Part shown: positions 9,577-18,888 of the stretch, piece after piece | How the letters are laid out: every line of letters starts with the position of its first letter | How positions within the stretch are numbered: the first letter of the stretch is position 1 | Origin: Terrimicrobiaceae bacterium | GTDB lineage: Bacteria > Verrucomicrobiota > Verrucomicrobiia > Chthoniobacterales > Terrimicrobiaceae | Length of the DNA stretch: 29,047 bases | Direction of reading: 5' to 3' | Assembly (NCBI GenBank): GCA_044342325.1 | Contig: JBIIPZ010000037.1 | Coordinates: forward strand, 1 to 29,047 | Notes under the pieces: model-generated | Database searches by the model: none | The model's input: only the letters and a program-made list of their open reading frames with translations | What the model was told of the DNA's origin: nothing | Position numbers and translations under genes: made by a program

Positions 9577-10749
9577 TTGAAAATTTGCGACCTCACGCAG
9601 TTCTACTCTCCCGTCAGCGGGGGAGTGCGCCGGTATATCGAGCAGAAGAGCGCTTTTCTGCGGCGTTACAGGCCTGACTGTCGTCATGTCATCATTGTGC
9701 CGGGTGAAAAGACCGAATCAGTCGGGGATGATGCCGTGCGCGTTTACACGATCGCCTCGCAACTCCTCTCGCGCACCTCACGCTACCGTGCCCTCACGAA
9801 GCTTCACCTTGTCGAGGAAGTCTTGGAAAAAGAAAGGCCCGACATCATTGAATCCGGCGACCCCTATCAAGTCGCATGGAAAGCCGTCGCCTCGGGGCGT
9901 GGGCTCGATATCCCAGTGGTCGGCTTTTACCACTCGCACTTTTCGGAATCCATCCTGCGCACGGTTGGAAAGTTCATGGGGCCGCTTGCTGTCTCGATCG
10001 CTGAGGAGACCTGCCGGAAATATGTGACCACGCTCTACAACAGTTTCGAGTGCACATTCGTTCCCAGTCCCATTCTGGCCAGACTCTTGGGTGGGTGGGG
10101 CGTTGAGAATACCCATACCGTCGATCTTGGAGTCGATGACGAGATTTTCCGCCCCGAGCCCGCCGACCGCGCTGCCACACGTGCGCAACTCGGAATTTCC
10201 AATGACTCCCGCCTCCTGCTCTATGTCGGACGCCTCGCCACGGAGAAAAATGTCCGCACGCTCTTTGATGCCTACAGGCTCCTGCGCTCCCGTTCAGGCA
10301 AGCCTTACGAGCTTCTCTGCCTCGGCGACGGCACACAGCGTTCATCACTGATCGATCTTCAAAATCAAACCCCCGGCGTGCATTGGATGCCGTATTGCTC
10401 CGACCCAGCCGAGCTCGCCCGCATCTACCGCGCCGCTGACCTTTTCGTGCATCCTGGTGTGCAAGAGACCTTCGGCCTCGTCGCCCTCGAGAGCCAGGCG
10501 AGCGGAACGCCGGTTGTCGGCATCAAAGGCAGCTACATGGATCGCATTATTTTTTCCGACCAGAAGCAGTGGGCTACAGAAAACTCTCCGGCGGCACTTG
10601 CTGACGCCATTGAGGGCAAATTCACCATCGATCTTCGTGCTGCCGGACTGCGTGCGAGTGAGGAGGCGCGTGGACGCTACGCGTGGAGAATAGTTTTTTC
10701 CCGACTCATGGACATCTACTCGGATGTCGTGGCGCGTTATTCGCCCTGA
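9577..10749 (+). CDS. GT4-family glycosyltransferase
   Basis: SGGVRRY N-terminus, YVGRLATEKN, ETFGLVALESQASGTPVV (ExFG..xxE motif); TTG start. Confidence 0.9.
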   Translation: MKICDLTQFYSPVSGGVRRYIEQKSAFLRRYRPDCRHVIIVPGEKTESVGDDAVRVYTIASQLLSRTSRYRALTKLHLVEEVLEKERPDIIESGDPYQVAWKAVASGRGLDIPVVGFYHSHFSESILRTVGKFMGPLAVSIAEETCRKYVTTLYNSFECTFVPSPILARLLGGWGVENTHTVDLGVDDEIFRPEPADRAATRAQLGISNDSRLLLYVGRLATEKNVRTLFDAYRLLRSRSGKPYELLCLGDGTQRSSLIDLQNQTPGVHWMPYCSDPAELARIYRAADLFVHPGVQETFGLVALESQASGTPVVGIKGSYMDRIIFSDQKQWATENSPAALADAIEGKFTIDLRAAGLRASEEARGRYAWRIVFSRLMDIYSDVVARYSP

Positions 10750-10793
10750 AAAATCCGTGGCGCCAAGGGGAAAAGGCTCTACTCTTTGACGCC

Positions 10794-11327
10794 ATGACGA
10801 TTTCGCCACAGATCACCATGCGGGAGTTGCTCGAGCATTGCCCTGGTGCCCAGCGCACACTCTTCCGCCATTACCATATCGGCGGCTGTGCCAGTTGCGG
10901 ATTTCAGCCGGAGGAGACGCTCGAAGGCGTTTGCGCGAGAAATGACGCCATCGATCCGCAAGAGGCCATCGCACGGATCAAGGAATCCCACGAGGCAGAC
11001 GAGAAGGTTTTCATAAATCCCCTCGATGCCGCCGAGGCCTTTCAAAATGCCGGCGCCCGCCTGCTCGACATCCGCACGCGCGAGGAATTCGAGGCCGTTC
11101 ACATCCCCGGATCGCAGCTGATGGGGCAGGATTTTTTGCAGGAAGTCATGGGAACCTGGGCCAAGGACACAGCCATCATCATCGTGGACCACACCGGTTC
11201 GCGCAGCCTTGATGCCGCGGCCTACTTCGCCGGACATTCTTTTACAAACATCCGCGCTCTTCGAGGCGGCATCGACGCCTGGAGTTGCGAGGTGGATACC
11301 TCCCTGCCACGCTATACCACCGAATGA
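10794..11327 (+). CDS. Rhodanese-like protein with N-terminal CxxC (DUF1858-like) domain
   Basis: N-terminal HIGGCASCGF..ETLE; C-terminal LLDIRT.EEF...HIPG...LRGGIDAW rhodanese pattern. Confidence 0.85.
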   Translation: MTISPQITMRELLEHCPGAQRTLFRHYHIGGCASCGFQPEETLEGVCARNDAIDPQEAIARIKESHEADEKVFINPLDAAEAFQNAGARLLDIRTREEFEAVHIPGSQLMGQDFLQEVMGTWAKDTAIIIVDHTGSRSLDAAAYFAGHSFTNIRALRGGIDAWSCEVDTSLPRYTTE

Positions 11328-11773
11328 ACACGCAGGACAAAATCGACGAAGCCATCCGCAATCCCAAAAACCTCGGCGAAATGAGCGGAGCGGATGCGGT
11401 GGGAACTGCAGGCAGCAGCGATTGCGGCGACATGTTGCGCATGTGGATCAAATTTCGCGAAGAGGACGGCAAGCGCGTCATCGACAAAGCTACCTTCCAA
11501 TCCTTCGGCTGCCAGACGGCCATCGCCGTCGCGAGCATGGCGACGGAACTCATCAAAGGCAAAACACCTCAGGAAGCGCTGACACTTTCAGGCGAGGCCC
11601 TCTCCGAGCCTCTCGGGCCGCTGCCTCCGATGAAAATCCATTGCGCCCAATTGGTCGAGGGAGCGCTCAAAAACGCCCTCACTGGCGAAGCGGCACCATC
11701 CCCCGGCGCCTCCGCGCCGATGCTTGCCGACAGCCTCCAGGCCAAGGGCAGCGTGAAGATAAACTTCCGCTGA
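11324..11773 (+). CDS. IscU/NifU-like Fe-S cluster scaffold
   Basis: NPKNLG, CGD, FGC..AIA.AS and LPPMKIHC supply three Cys and an LPPVK-like motif; ATGA overlap with the rhodanese gene. Confidence 0.9.
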   Translation: MNTQDKIDEAIRNPKNLGEMSGADAVGTAGSSDCGDMLRMWIKFREEDGKRVIDKATFQSFGCQTAIAVASMATELIKGKTPQEALTLSGEALSEPLGPLPPMKIHCAQLVEGALKNALTGEAAPSPGASAPMLADSLQAKGSVKINFR

Positions 11774-12037
11774 TCACGCCCACTCGACAGTGTGTCTGCT
11801 TCTGATCTCCCTTGCACCCGAGGGGCCGTGTTCGTCTTGAATCCAATATCCCGAGCCTGGTTCGGCTCCTTCACCCAAGAGGTCTTCGTCCGGTTGAAAG
11901 CGCAACCAGACCACAGCGGGTTTCCAGATTGCATTGTCTGCTTGGACGCATGGCGCAGTTTGATTCAACGGCGTAGTGATCTTCCAATCCTCGGGCACAC
12001 TGATTTCTTCATAGGCTGAGATGCGGAGATTTTTCAT
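11774..12037 (-). CDS. Hypothetical protein (87 aa)
   Basis: Fills the gap between the IscU-like gene and hemW and has protein-like composition (MKNLRISAYEEISVPEDWKI...). No family recognised. Confidence 0.45.
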   Translation of the reverse strand: MKNLRISAYEEISVPEDWKITTPLNQTAPCVQADNAIWKPAVVWLRFQPDEDLLGEGAEPGSGYWIQDEHGPSGAREIRSRHTVEWA

Positions 12038-12138
12038 GACGCACCGGTTCCACTCACCCGCGTGACTTTCCATGGGGTGATCAGCGGATGGCTGGTGGTT
12101 GCCGTTCGCGTTGTGATTGCTTAGCGTGCACTCCTCCG

Positions 12139-13224
12139 ATGGTTCAGCATCTCTATGTCCACATTCCGTTTTGTCCGAAGGTTTGCCCTTATTGCAGTTT
12201 CTACAAGGAGGCGAGCGACCGGAATAAAACGCAGGCGTTTTTGGATGCGGTTCTCCGCGAAGCGGAGTTTGAAGCCGATGGACTGCGTCCTAGGACCGTT
12301 TTTTTCGGCGGAGGCACTCCCACAGCTCTCTCGACCCCTCAGCTCAAATTTCTGATTAGCGGGTTGCGTGAGAGGATCGATTTCTCGGCTGTGGAGGAAT
12401 TCACGATCGAAATGAACCCCGCCACCGTCTCGCATGAAAAAGCCGAGTCCCTTTTGGCTCTCGGAGTCAACCGAGTCAGCATGGGCGTTCAATCTTGGGA
12501 CGAGGAGTTGCTGAAAACTCTCGGCCGCGTTCACTCTGGAGCCCAAGCTGCTCGCAGTTATGCCATCCTTCGCGAGGCCGGCGTGCCAAATGTGAATCTC
12601 GACTTGATGTTTGGAGTTCCCGGCCAGACACGCAGCCAGTGGATTGAGTCGATTCGCCGGACGGTTGATCTCAGCCCCGACCACATCTCGGCCTATTGCC
12701 TCACCTATGAGGAGGACACAGAATTCTTTGAGCGCTTCCAGCGTGGTGAGATGGGGCCGCAGGAGGATCGTGACTCCGACTTTTTTGAAGTGGCGATGAA
12801 CGAACTCGAGGCCGCGGGATATCCGCAATACGAAATCTCAAACTACGCCAGGCCGGGTCGGGAGTGCCTGCACAACCTCGGCTACTGGCGCGGGGCGGAT
12901 TACGCCGGACTCGGTCCGAGCGCCTTCTCCACGCGGGCTGGATGGAGGAGAAGGAATTTAGCTGACACGGCGGATTACACCCGTCGAGTCCTGACAGACG
13001 AAGATCGCTTTGATTTCGTCGAGCGTATTGATGACGACTCCCGCCGCGCGGAGAAGATCGCCTTTTCCCTGCGCACCACCGATGGCGTGCCAGAGACAAT
13101 GCTCCCTGAAAACCAAGCCGCAGCTCTGGTGCAGCACGGCTTGGTGACCAAGAAAGACGGTAGGGTTTATCTTACCCGCGAGGGCAGGCTTGTGGCTGAT
13201 GAGATCGCTGCGGAGCTGATCTGA
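12139..13224 (+). CDS. hemW: Radical SAM heme chaperone HemW (HemN-like)
   Basis: LYVHIPFCPKVCPYCSF (CxxxCxxC), FFGGGTPT, YEISNYA, HNLGYW (the HNxxYW HemW motif). Confidence 0.9.
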   Translation: MVQHLYVHIPFCPKVCPYCSFYKEASDRNKTQAFLDAVLREAEFEADGLRPRTVFFGGGTPTALSTPQLKFLISGLRERIDFSAVEEFTIEMNPATVSHEKAESLLALGVNRVSMGVQSWDEELLKTLGRVHSGAQAARSYAILREAGVPNVNLDLMFGVPGQTRSQWIESIRRTVDLSPDHISAYCLTYEEDTEFFERFQRGEMGPQEDRDSDFFEVAMNELEAAGYPQYEISNYARPGRECLHNLGYWRGADYAGLGPSAFSTRAGWRRRNLADTADYTRRVLTDEDRFDFVERIDDDSRRAEKIAFSLRTTDGVPETMLPENQAAALVQHGLVTKKDGRVYLTREGRLVADEIAAELI

Positions 13225-13244
13225 TCAGCCAAGGCCCGAAAGAA

Positions 13245-13700
13245 TCAGAGCACCTTCAGCAACTCGACATCGAAAATCAGCGTCTCGTCGGGTCCGATGA
13301 CTCCACCGGCTCCACGGGGGCCGTAGGCGAGGTTCGAGGGAATGAAGAGCTGGATTTTTCCGCCTTCCTTGATGAGTTGAAGACCTTCGGTCCAGCCTTT
13401 GATAACAGCATTCAGAGGAAACTCGATAGGTTCATTCCGCTTGTAGGAGCTGTCAAATTCCGTGCCGTTGAGAAGCGTTCCACGATAATTCACCTTCACG
13501 GTGTCGGTCGCCTTGGGGCTGCGGCCCTCGCCGGGGTTGAGGATGATGTATTGCAAACCGCTCGCCGTTTTTTGGACGCCGGGTTTCGTTGCATTTTCGG
13601 CCAGGAAAGCCTGACCCTTCTCGAGTGCGGATTGTGCCATAGTGGTGTGTGTGAAAAACAAAGTCGCAAGTGCAGCGACAGGGAGCAGCTGTTTGATCAT
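13245..13700 (-). CDS. FKBP-type peptidyl-prolyl cis-trans isomerase (exported)
   Basis: Signal peptide; SGLQY, V.YRG.L.NG.EFDSS, VIKGW.EGL, IPSNLAYG, TLIFDVELL. Confidence 0.96.
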   Translation of the reverse strand: MIKQLLPVAALATLFFTHTTMAQSALEKGQAFLAENATKPGVQKTASGLQYIILNPGEGRSPKATDTVKVNYRGTLLNGTEFDSSYKRNEPIEFPLNAVIKGWTEGLQLIKEGGKIQLFIPSNLAYGPRGAGGVIGPDETLIFDVELLKVL

Positions 13701-13709
13701 GTCCAGACC

Positions 13710-14579
13710 CTACCCGCCTGAAACCGGGCTTGGCAAACCCGAAGGCTCGATGGAATGCGATTTCTTCGCTGACTTCTCCGGGCGCCGCACATAGTGGCTC
13801 GGCGGCATGCCGGTATGGCGCTTGAACCAGCGCGAAAAATAATTCGGATCATCATGTCCGATGCGCGCGGCGACTTCTTGCATCGGGAGGCCTTGGGTGA
13901 TCAATCGCTTGGCTTTTTCCAAATTCAGCGCGTCCCGTTGCTGTAGGAGTGTGAGGCCGGTTATTTGCTTAAAGCGCCGGTTGAGATAGTCGGGCTGGTA
14001 TCCTGTCGCCCCTGCCAAGTCGCCAATCGACTTAGCTTGGCTTTCCTCACCGGCGGCGAGGTTGATGAATTTCTTTACAAAGGCGGGCATCGCGCGATTT
14101 TCGCGGGGCAGAATGCCCAATGAGCGAAGTTGAGTGTCGAGGATCGTCAATGCGGCCGAGGCGGCCATCAATCGAGCTTCCGGCGCATCTGGGTTTTTAA
14201 GGCGGTTGAGTTGAGACATCGCGTGCCTTATGCCGGTGGACTCGGATTGGTTCAGGTGCGAGATGCGGAATTCCATTGGCCCCTCCCACTCAAAGTCGAG
14301 GGCCAGACTCAGTGGCCGTCGGTCGTTCGACTCGCGAAAGCCGTGCATCATTCCAGCGGGCAGGAGAGCGATCGCACCGGAGAAAACCCGGTATTCGGCC
14401 GAAGGTGTCAAAAGTGTCCCTCCGCCAGAGAAGTAGCACAGAATCTGACAAAATTTGTGCCGGTGCATTTCAAGGGCGTCAGCCTCGGGAAGGTGCTTGT
14501 GGAGGCACATGCGGCGCATCCGGAGACCGGGCAGGCGCAAATCGAGCGCTTGTAAAAGCAGGGGGCGGTAATCTTTCAT
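13710..14579 (-). CDS. AraC-family transcriptional regulator
   Basis: Cupin N-terminus (HRH...H) and C-terminal double HTH (YLNRRFKQITG...VAARIGHDDPNYFSRWFKRHTGMPPS.Y). Confidence 0.93.
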   Translation of the reverse strand: MKDYRPLLLQALDLRLPGLRMRRMCLHKHLPEADALEMHRHKFCQILCYFSGGGTLLTPSAEYRVFSGAIALLPAGMMHGFRESNDRRPLSLALDFEWEGPMEFRISHLNQSESTGIRHAMSQLNRLKNPDAPEARLMAASAALTILDTQLRSLGILPRENRAMPAFVKKFINLAAGEESQAKSIGDLAGATGYQPDYLNRRFKQITGLTLLQQRDALNLEKAKRLITQGLPMQEVAARIGHDDPNYFSRWFKRHTGMPPSHYVRRPEKSAKKSHSIEPSGLPSPVSGG

Positions 14580-14598
14580 CGTTTCTTAAAAAAATAAG

Positions 14599-14629
14599 TC
14601 GGAATCGTGCTAATTTCTATCGGCATTGT
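14599..14629 (+). promoter_or_regulatory. Putative AraC-type operator (direct repeats 21 bp apart)
   Basis: TCGGAATCGT at 14599 and TCGGCATTGT at 14620, in the 89-bp divergent intergenic region. Confidence 0.4.
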
Positions 14630-14668
14630 CATCACTCGATTTTCCGCCCTCTGGCACGCTGCTCCCAT

Positions 14669-15460
14669 ATGAACCCACCAGCCAATATCCTTGTCACCGG
14701 ATCGAGTCGTGGTCTCGGCCGTGGAATCGCCGTCAAACTCGCCGCCGCCGGCCACAGCGTCGCCATCCACTACGCGAACAACCGCGCCGCCGCCGATGAA
14801 ACCGCCGCCGCCTGCGGTCAAGTCGCTCCAAACAGTGCCCAGAAATTTCCAATCGTCGGTGGAAATGTCGGGCTCGCCTCCGACCGGGAGCGTCTCATGG
14901 ACGAAACGCTCGCCGCATTTGGACGCCTCGATGCCCTCATCAACAACGCCGGTATAGCTCCTCGCGTTCGCGCCGACATTATCGAGGCGACGGAGGATAT
15001 CTTTGACGAGGTGATCGCAGTGAATCTCAAGGGGCCGTATTTTCTCTCCCAGTTGGCCGCGAAGCACTGGCTGGCGAATCCGGGTCAATCGACGCTCAAG
15101 GGCGGTTATAAACTCATCTTCATCTCATCCCTCTCCGCGAACACCGCATCGATCAACCGCGGCGAGTATTGCATTTCCAAGGCCGGACTCGGCATGGCCA
15201 CGCAACTCTGGGCCGTCCGACTCGCCGAGGCGGGCATCTCGGTTCTCGAACTCCGCCCGGGCATCATGGCGACGGATATGACCGCCGGCGTGAAGGAAAA
15301 ATACGACAAGCTCCTCGCGGAGGGCCTCGTTCCTCAAAAACGCTGGGGCAACCCGGAAGATGTCGGCCTCGCTGTGGAATCCATCCTCGGCGGCGCATTT
15401 CCATTTTCCACCGGTGATGTCATCAACATCGACGGCGGCTTTCATCTCCGCAGACTTTAA
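14669..15460 (+). CDS. SDR-family oxidoreductase (likely sugar/uronate dehydrogenase)
   Basis: TGSSRGLG, NNAG, YCISK catalytic motif, PG...TDMT. Confidence 0.92.
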   Translation: MNPPANILVTGSSRGLGRGIAVKLAAAGHSVAIHYANNRAAADETAAACGQVAPNSAQKFPIVGGNVGLASDRERLMDETLAAFGRLDALINNAGIAPRVRADIIEATEDIFDEVIAVNLKGPYFLSQLAAKHWLANPGQSTLKGGYKLIFISSLSANTASINRGEYCISKAGLGMATQLWAVRLAEAGISVLELRPGIMATDMTAGVKEKYDKLLAEGLVPQKRWGNPEDVGLAVESILGGAFPFSTGDVINIDGGFHLRRL

Positions 15461-15468
15461 CCACACCT

Positions 15469-16842
15469 ATGATCCAAATCGACTCGAACCTCCAAACATC
15501 AGCGCTCTCCAGTGACCTCGAACGCTTCTTCTCACTCGCCAAGACGAAAATCGCGGCGATCGACCGAGAATACGATGAACGCAAGGGATCGCCCGTCTTC
15601 ACCGTTGCCGGAAAATACACGACACGCGGCTGGACCGAATGGACCGAAGGCTTCCGCTACGGCATCGCGATCCTTCATTTTGACGCCACGGGCGATCAGG
15701 AAAGTCTCACCAGCGGTCGCAACAACACAGTCCGCCGCATGGCCACGCATGTCTCGCATATCGGCGTCCATGACCATGGTTTTAATAACCTCTCGACCTA
15801 CGGAAACCTCCGCCGATTGATGCTCGAGGGCCGTCTTCCCGAAAACGAATGGGAGAAAAATTTCTACGAACTCGCCATCAAGACCAGTGGTGCCGTTCAG
15901 GCCGCCCGCTGGACCGAGCGGCAGGGTGGGGGATTCATCCACAGCTTTAACGGCCCACACTCCCTCTTCGTGGACACCATTCGCTCCTGTCGCATTCTCA
16001 TGAAAGCGCATCAACTCGGGCATGTCCTGATGGCCGAGGGTGACAAACCCGTGAGCCTGCTCGATCGCGCGTTGCAGCACATCGACTCCACGGCGAAGTA
16101 TTCGATTTTCTACGGCGAGGGACGCGATTCCTACGACGAACGCGGCCGCACGACCCACGAGGCGGTTTTCAACACGAAGGACGGCGCCTACCGTTGCCCC
16201 AATTCGCAGCAGGGCTACACCGGCTTCAGCACCTGGACACGCGGCCAGGCTTGGGCGGTTCTGGGTTTTGCAGAAGAACTCGAATTGCTCGCCACCCTCT
16301 CCGACGCAGAATTGGAGCCATTCGGCGGCCGCCAGGCGATTGAGGCCATGATGCTCAAAGCCGCCACTGCTACGGCCGATCACTTCATTGAAAACACGCC
16401 GACCTGCGGCATTCCTTACTGGGACACAGGTGCGCCGAAACTCCACCTGCTCGGCGATTACATGAACCGCCCAGCGGATCCCTACAACGCCTACGAGCCA
16501 GTGGATAGCTCCGCTGCCGCTATCGATGCCCAAGGTCTCCTGCGCCTCGGCACCTATCTCAAAGCCAAAGGCCAGACCGCAGCCGGCGAGCGCTATTTCC
16601 AAGCCGGACTCAAGGTCGCCCAAACGCTCTTCTCCGAGCCCTACCTCTCGACCGATCCGAAACATCACGGTCTCATCCTCCACTCGATCTACCATCAGCC
16701 AAACGGCTGGGACTACAAACCTGATCCCGCCAAAGCCGCCTATGGTGAATCCTCGATGTGGGGCGACTACCACGCCATGGAGCTTGCCGTCTATCTGCAA
16801 CGCCTCATCAAAGGCGCCCCCTACCTCACCTTCTTCGCCTGA
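15469..16842 (+). CDS. GH88-like (unsaturated glucuronyl hydrolase-like) glycoside hydrolase
   Basis: WTEGF..G, HDHGF, FVDT, STWTRGQAW, PYWD, DSSAAAI and WGDY motifs; no signal peptide. Confidence 0.8.
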   Translation: MIQIDSNLQTSALSSDLERFFSLAKTKIAAIDREYDERKGSPVFTVAGKYTTRGWTEWTEGFRYGIAILHFDATGDQESLTSGRNNTVRRMATHVSHIGVHDHGFNNLSTYGNLRRLMLEGRLPENEWEKNFYELAIKTSGAVQAARWTERQGGGFIHSFNGPHSLFVDTIRSCRILMKAHQLGHVLMAEGDKPVSLLDRALQHIDSTAKYSIFYGEGRDSYDERGRTTHEAVFNTKDGAYRCPNSQQGYTGFSTWTRGQAWAVLGFAEELELLATLSDAELEPFGGRQAIEAMMLKAATATADHFIENTPTCGIPYWDTGAPKLHLLGDYMNRPADPYNAYEPVDSSAAAIDAQGLLRLGTYLKAKGQTAAGERYFQAGLKVAQTLFSEPYLSTDPKHHGLILHSIYHQPNGWDYKPDPAKAAYGESSMWGDYHAMELAVYLQRLIKGAPYLTFFA

Positions 16843-16847
16843 TCGCT

Positions 16848-17660
16848 ATGGAAAATCTCGATCGCCTCGCGATTCACACGATGACCACCAAGCCATGGGA
16901 TCTCCCCACGGCTGTCGAAAAATACTCTCGCGCTGGGGTTCGCTGCGTGGGCCTCTGGCGTCAATGGCTGGAAGGCCGCTCCCTCGCAGAGTCTCGCGCA
17001 CTGCTCGACGATCATGGAATGAAGGCCGTCTCGCTCGTGCGCAGCGGCTTTTTCCCCGGTCTCACTCCGGAGGAACGCCAGACCGCCCTTGACGATAACC
17101 GCCGAGCTTTGGACGAAGCCGCCGCCGTTGGCGCTCCGCAGGTCGTTCTCGTCTGTGGCGCCAAACCGGAACTCAGCCTCGCGGAAAACCGCCGCCAGAT
17201 CACCGAAGGCATCGCCGCCTGTATCGACCATGCCTCGTCCGTCGGCGTGAAGCTTTCCATCGAACCGCTCCACCCGATGTATGCCGATTGCCGCAGCGCG
17301 GTGAATACCATCGGCCAATGTAATGACATGATCGATCAACTCGGCGACGCTTGGGTTGGCATCGCCGCCGATGTCTACCACATCTGGTGGGATCCGCAGT
17401 TGGAGCAGGAAATCCGCCGTGCCGGTAAGCGCATCATCGGATTCCATGTCTGCGACTGGCTCACGCCCACGCAGGATTTTCTCAACGACCGTGGACTCAT
17501 GGGCGAGGGTTGCATCGACATTCGCGGCATCCGCAGCATGGTCGAACAAGCCGGCTTCTCCAGTTGGATCGAAGTCGAAATCTTCTCCGCCCGCCACTGG
17601 GCCCGCGAGCAGGACGAGTTCCTCTCCGACATCATCACCGCCTACAAATCCCAAGTCTAA
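16848..17660 (+). CDS. Sugar phosphate isomerase/epimerase (xylose-isomerase-like TIM barrel)
   Basis: IEPLHP, DVYH, FHVCDW, DRGLMGEG.ID and EVEIF metal-binding motifs; ATG at 16848. Confidence 0.9.
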   Translation: MENLDRLAIHTMTTKPWDLPTAVEKYSRAGVRCVGLWRQWLEGRSLAESRALLDDHGMKAVSLVRSGFFPGLTPEERQTALDDNRRALDEAAAVGAPQVVLVCGAKPELSLAENRRQITEGIAACIDHASSVGVKLSIEPLHPMYADCRSAVNTIGQCNDMIDQLGDAWVGIAADVYHIWWDPQLEQEIRRAGKRIIGFHVCDWLTPTQDFLNDRGLMGEGCIDIRGIRSMVEQAGFSSWIEVEIFSARHWAREQDEFLSDIITAYKSQV

Positions 17661-17680
17661 AAACCAACCTCACATAAAAT

Positions 17681-18832
17681 ATGAAAACACACCGCATCGG
17701 CATCATCATGAACGGCGTCACAGGACGCATGGGCACCAACCAACACCTCATCCGCTCGATTGACGCGATCATCAAGCAGGGTGGTCTCCGCATTGGGCCG
17801 GATGAAGTCATCATGCCCGACCCGATCCTCATCGGACGCAGCGAGAGCAAACTCCGCGAACTCTGCGCCCGCACGAGCGTGACGAAGTGGAGCACGAATC
17901 TCGACGAGACACTCGCGAATCCCGAATACACCGTTTACTTCGATTCCCAAACGACAGGTCGCCGCGCGGAGGGCGTTCGCAAGGCCGTCGCCGCTGGAAA
18001 ACACATCTACTGCGAAAAACCAATCGCCGTGGATTCCAAGACCGCGCTGGAATTGCACGACCTCTGCAAAAAAGCCGGAGTCAAAAACGGCGTCGTGCAG
18101 GACAAACTCTGGCTCGCCAGCTTCGTCAAACTCAAACGCCTTATCGAAACCGGCTTCTTCGGCAAAATCCTCAGCGTGCGCGGCGAGTTCGGATACTGGG
18201 TTTTTGAAGGCCACACCATCCCCGCCCAGCGCCCAAGCTGGAACTACCGCAAGGAAGACGACGGCGGCATCATCGTGGACATGCTCTGCCACTGGCAATA
18301 TGTGCTCGAGAACCTCTTTGGCGAACCCAAGGCCATGAGCTGCTACGGCGCCACCCACATCGCCGAGCGCGTCGATGAGCAGGGCAAGCCATACAAATGC
18401 ACGGCGGATGACGCCGCCTACGCCACCTTCGAACTTGAAGGCGGTGTGGTTGCGCATTTCAACTCCTCATGGGTGACCCGCGTGCGCCGCGACGACCTCC
18501 TCACCGTTCAAGTGGATGGCGAAAAAGGCTCTGCTGTCTGCGGCCTCCGCGATGTCTGGATTCAGCACTACGGCAACACGCCGCGCCCAACTTGGAACCC
18601 CGACATTCCGCAACCCATCAACTTCTTTGAAGGCTGGTCCAAAGTCCCCGATCAAGAGACCTACGACAACGCCTTCAAAATCCAGTGGGAACTCTTCCTT
18701 CGCCACATCGTTCTCGACGAACCCTTCCCGTGGGATCTCCTGCGCGGAGCCAAAGGTGTCCAATTCGCCGAACTCGGCCTCAAGAGCTGGGCGGAGCGCA
18801 AGTGGGTCACAGTCGATCCGCTGGTAAAATAG
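17681..18832 (+). CDS. Gfo/Idh/MocA-family oxidoreductase
   Basis: IGIIMNGVTGRMG..QHL Rossmann start, GKHIYCEKP, GGIIVDMLCH. Confidence 0.93.
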   Translation: MKTHRIGIIMNGVTGRMGTNQHLIRSIDAIIKQGGLRIGPDEVIMPDPILIGRSESKLRELCARTSVTKWSTNLDETLANPEYTVYFDSQTTGRRAEGVRKAVAAGKHIYCEKPIAVDSKTALELHDLCKKAGVKNGVVQDKLWLASFVKLKRLIETGFFGKILSVRGEFGYWVFEGHTIPAQRPSWNYRKEDDGGIIVDMLCHWQYVLENLFGEPKAMSCYGATHIAERVDEQGKPYKCTADDAAYATFELEGGVVAHFNSSWVTRVRRDDLLTVQVDGEKGSAVCGLRDVWIQHYGNTPRPTWNPDIPQPINFFEGWSKVPDQETYDNAFKIQWELFLRHIVLDEPFPWDLLRGAKGVQFAELGLKSWAERKWVTVDPLVK

Positions 18833-18843
18833 TTCCATTCAAC

Positions 18844-18880
18844 CAACCGGTCTGGAGAAAATCTCCAGACCGGGTTGCTT
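18844..18880 (+). terminator. Strong hairpin after the sugar operon (probable terminator)
   Basis: Perfect 12-bp inverted repeat CCGGTCTGGAGA (18847-58) / TCTCCAGACCGG (18862-73), 14 bp after the stop; the U-tract is weak. Confidence 0.65.
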
Positions 18881-18888
18881 CCCTCGTG

